From: a virus
DNA length: 64,000 nt
IMG/VR virus record: IMGVR_UViG_3300002835_000024
Reading direction: 5' to 3' (one strand)
Under the pieces are notes generated by a model, which had not been told where the DNA came from, ran no database searches, and worked only from the letters and a program-made list of their open reading frames with translations. Position 1 is the first letter of the stretch; each line of letters begins with the position of its first letter. Shown here piece by piece: positions 61,409 through 64,000 of the stretch. A program made the translations under genes and the position numbers.

Positions 61409-62149
61409 ATGGCCGTTCCAAATAGCAGAGATTCTTTTAAAGAATATTGCCTCAGGAAACTGGGCAAACCAGTGATTGAGATTAACGTCAGCGACGAACA
61501 AGTTGACGACAGGGTTGATGAAGCCCTAAAATATTTCCAAGACTATCATTTTGATGGTTCTGAGAAAATGTATTATAAAATACAGGTAACTTCTCAGATG
61601 AAGGCTGACAGATATATCCCCATGCCAGAAAACATCATGGGCGTTACTGGAGTTATGCCCATCGGCTCAGCGTTCCAATCTTCTAATATCTTTAACATCC
61701 AGTATCAGATCGCAATGAACGAAATCTGGACTCTTACTTCTCTGCAACTGGTTCCGTATTATATGGCAATGGAACATCTTGCTCTTATCCAAGAATTATT
61801 CGTGGGCCACCAAAGAGTTAGATTTAGCAGACATTCTAATAGATTGCATATCGACACCGACTGGTCCAGAATTTCAGAAGGATCTTGGATCGTTGTTGAG
61901 TGTCATGGAGTCATTGATCCTTCCACATATTCTGATATTTGGGGAGATCGTTGGCTTCAAGAGTACACAACTGCCAAGATAAAGTATCAGTGGGGTAGCA
62001 ATCTAAGCAAATTTACAGGTATGACTCTTCCTGGTGGAGTTCAGTTCAACGGACAGCTTATCAAAGAAGAAGCTGAAAGAGAGATAAACGATCTAGAAAA
62101 CAAAATGATTGATGCCTACAGCCTGCCCCCAGACATGATGGTGGCATAA
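61409..62149 (+). CDS. gp13: Neck protein
   Basis: YCLRKLGKPVIEINV, DYHFDG, KYQWGSNLSKF.GM.LPGGV.FNG. Confidence 0.95.
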   Translation: MAVPNSRDSFKEYCLRKLGKPVIEINVSDEQVDDRVDEALKYFQDYHFDGSEKMYYKIQVTSQMKADRYIPMPENIMGVTGVMPIGSAFQSSNIFNIQYQIAMNEIWTLTSLQLVPYYMAMEHLALIQELFVGHQRVRFSRHSNRLHIDTDWSRISEGSWIVVECHGVIDPSTYSDIWGDRWLQEYTTAKIKYQWGSNLSKFTGMTLPGGVQFNGQLIKEEAEREINDLENKMIDAYSLPPDMMVA

Positions 62150-62785
62150 ATGCCTAATCCATATTTCAACAATTTTACCAGCACCAACGAGCAGCTTCTC
62201 GTTGAAAATTTAGTTGTTGAAAGTCTTCAAATGTACGCCCATGGAGTACATTATCTTCCAAAAACTTTGGTAAATTTTGATGAGATATATGGAGAAGATT
62301 CTATATCTCAATATAATACTAATTTCTTTATGGACATATACATAAGAACTTATAACAGTTATCAAGGTGATGGAGTATTCCTCTCTAAATTTAATTTAGA
62401 AATTAGAGACACATTAATTGTTTGTGTAGCAAAAAGATTGTTCGAACAAACTGTAACTGATTATGATAGTAATATAGTAAGACCAAGAGAAGGTGATTTG
62501 ATTCACATGCCTCTTGACAATCGTATCTATCAGATTACATATGTCAATAAAACTCCAGTATTTTATCAGTTAGGAGCAATTCAATTTTATGAATTAACTC
62601 TGGAAATGTTCGAACATTCTGGTGAAGTATTTAATACTGGAATAACTGAGATAGACCAGATATACACAAATACTAACGAACCACAAGATCTTATCGATGA
62701 TACTGATGAGATACAACAAGAGGCTAATACAAGCAATATATTCGACTGGACAGAGGTCGACCCCTTTTCAGAGGGAAATATCTGA
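62150..62785 (+). CDS. gp14: Neck protein
   Basis: NPYFN, EQLLVENLVVES, FLSKFNLEIRD, RPREGDLI, FYQLG, DPFSE. Confidence 0.95.
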   Translation: MPNPYFNNFTSTNEQLLVENLVVESLQMYAHGVHYLPKTLVNFDEIYGEDSISQYNTNFFMDIYIRTYNSYQGDGVFLSKFNLEIRDTLIVCVAKRLFEQTVTDYDSNIVRPREGDLIHMPLDNRIYQITYVNKTPVFYQLGAIQFYELTLEMFEHSGEVFNTGITEIDQIYTNTNEPQDLIDDTDEIQQEANTSNIFDWTEVDPFSEGNI

Positions 62786-62796
62786 CACAGCTGTTT

Positions 62797-62804
62797 TATA
62801 AATA
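62797..62804 (+). promoter_or_regulatory. T4-type late promoter
   Basis: Intergenic TATAAATA before gene 15. Confidence 0.7.
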
Positions 62805-62879
62805 CAATGGTACATTAATAAAGACATCTTTATTATACCAGATTTATAAAAAGAAGTCAAACACTTTTAGGAAGATATA

Positions 62880-63689
62880 ATGTTTGGTCAAACTTGGTCA
62901 CATGATCTTATAAGAAAATATGTTATCATATTTGGCACATTGTTTAATAACATATATCTTACGAGAAAGAATTCTAGCGGAACCGTTGTTCAGACCATTA
63001 AGGTTCCTCTGACTTATGCACCAAAAGAAAAGATGCTGGCTAGATTGACTGGAGATCCAGAATTTACCAATCAAGTAGCATTAACTCTTCCAAGAATGTC
63101 TTTCGAAATCTTAGGTTATCAATATGATGGTCAAAGGAAACTTAATACCATTGAAAAGATAACAAAGAAAACCGATACAGACGCGGATTATGTTTATAAT
63201 CCAGTTCCATATGATTTCCAGTTTCTTTTACATATAATGGTAAAGAATGCTGCTGATGGAACAAAAATCGTTGAACAGATTCTTCCCTACTTTACCCCAG
63301 AGTTTACGGTAACAGCAAATATTCTTCCACAAATAGCAAAAAGCTATGACATCCCAATAGTACTTTATGATACCATTGTTCAGGATCTGTATGATGGCAG
63401 CTTCCAACAAAGAAGAACTATTGTTTGGACTCTTTCATTCTCATTGAAAGGCTATTTGTTTGGTCCAATTAAAACAAAACAAATGATAAGATTTGCCAAT
63501 GTTGGGTTGACAGCAGTTAGTAGTTTGTCTAATTTAAATAATGTTGATAGGAATGTAACAATTACAGTGCAACCTGGACAAACAGCCAATGGTCAAGCAA
63601 CTCTCGATATTAATGAAACAGTTCCTTATGACGAAGTTGATCCAAATGATCCTTATGCTTTTATACAACAATTTGATGAGAATATCTAA
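62880..63689 (+). CDS. gp15: Tail sheath stabilizer/terminator
   Basis: FGTLFNNI, KVPLTYAPKEK, LPRMSFE, EQILPYFTP, WTLSF..KGYLFGP. Confidence 0.95.
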   Translation: MFGQTWSHDLIRKYVIIFGTLFNNIYLTRKNSSGTVVQTIKVPLTYAPKEKMLARLTGDPEFTNQVALTLPRMSFEILGYQYDGQRKLNTIEKITKKTDTDADYVYNPVPYDFQFLLHIMVKNAADGTKIVEQILPYFTPEFTVTANILPQIAKSYDIPIVLYDTIVQDLYDGSFQQRRTIVWTLSFSLKGYLFGPIKTKQMIRFANVGLTAVSSLSNLNNVDRNVTITVQPGQTANGQATLDINETVPYDEVDPNDPYAFIQQFDENI

Positions 63690-64000
63690 TGAAAAATCCT
63701 ATTGATGATATCTTTGGAATTGAAAGAGAAGAAGAAATAGAACAAGAAAAACCTCCTATTGTTCTACAAAAAGTAGAAGAAACCGATGATCAGGCAATAC
63801 AAGACTTTGAGATGGCCAGACAGAATATTATCGATACCATTGAGGAATCCAAAGAAGTTGTGGCCGAGATGATTAACGTAGCCAAGCTTTCTCAGCATCC
63901 AAGAGCATATGAAGTTCTTGGAACTCTTCTAAAAATGCAAATTGATTCAAACAAAGATCTTCTTGAGTTAAGAAGAACTAGAAACGAACTAATGGGGAAA
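63689..64000 (+). CDS. gp16: Terminase small subunit (runs off the window end)
   Basis: ATG overlaps the gp15 stop; DFEMARQNI...AKLSQHPRAYEVLGTLLK. Confidence 0.88.
   Translation, partial: MKNPIDDIFGIEREEEIEQEKPPIVLQKVEETDDQAIQDFEMARQNIIDTIEESKEVVAEMINVAKLSQHPRAYEVLGTLLKMQIDSNKDLLELRRTRNELMGK

Noticed and set aside
1-64000. Stop-codon reassignment, introns or inteins
   Set aside because: Core genes are full length in the standard code and end in TAA, TAG and TGA. The only split gene is gp26/gp51

Overview
The window is a 64-kb segment of a large T4-like myovirus genome. It is not a cellular chromosome. A circularly permuted two-piece tmRNA (tag ANDNEVAFETRLAA) and a Caulobacter/Sphingomonas-type TonB-dependent receptor point to an alphaproteobacterial host (inference). 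Layout: (i) 1-9.2 kb accessory region with a HAD hydrolase, PhoH, PD-(D/E)XK exonuclease, DUF932, peptidase M15 endolysin, YegP-like protein, an unassigned structured RNA, an Alt/VIP2-like ADP-ribosyltransferase, tmRNA, a Pro-rich lipoprotein and a full-length TonB-dependent receptor; (ii) genes 33-59-32; (iii) a minus-strand block 4-2-54-26/51-tape measure with a likely -1 frameshift; (iv) baseplate genes 48-53-hub-5-25-6-7-8 and a VrlC-like gene, interspersed with small genes carrying a capsid-targeting-like N-terminus; (v) two paralogous adaptor+fibre pairs with GFTGS/GPT collagen-like repeats flanking a 1559-aa five-domain glycosyltransferase/methyltransferase; (vi) neck and tail-completion genes 13-14-15 and the start of terminase gene 16. 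Best novelty candidates: the putative virion (fibre) glycosylation system, the ncRNA-ART-tmRNA-lipoprotein-TBDR island, and the gp26/gp51 frameshift. All assignments come from motif recognition by eye, with no database searches.
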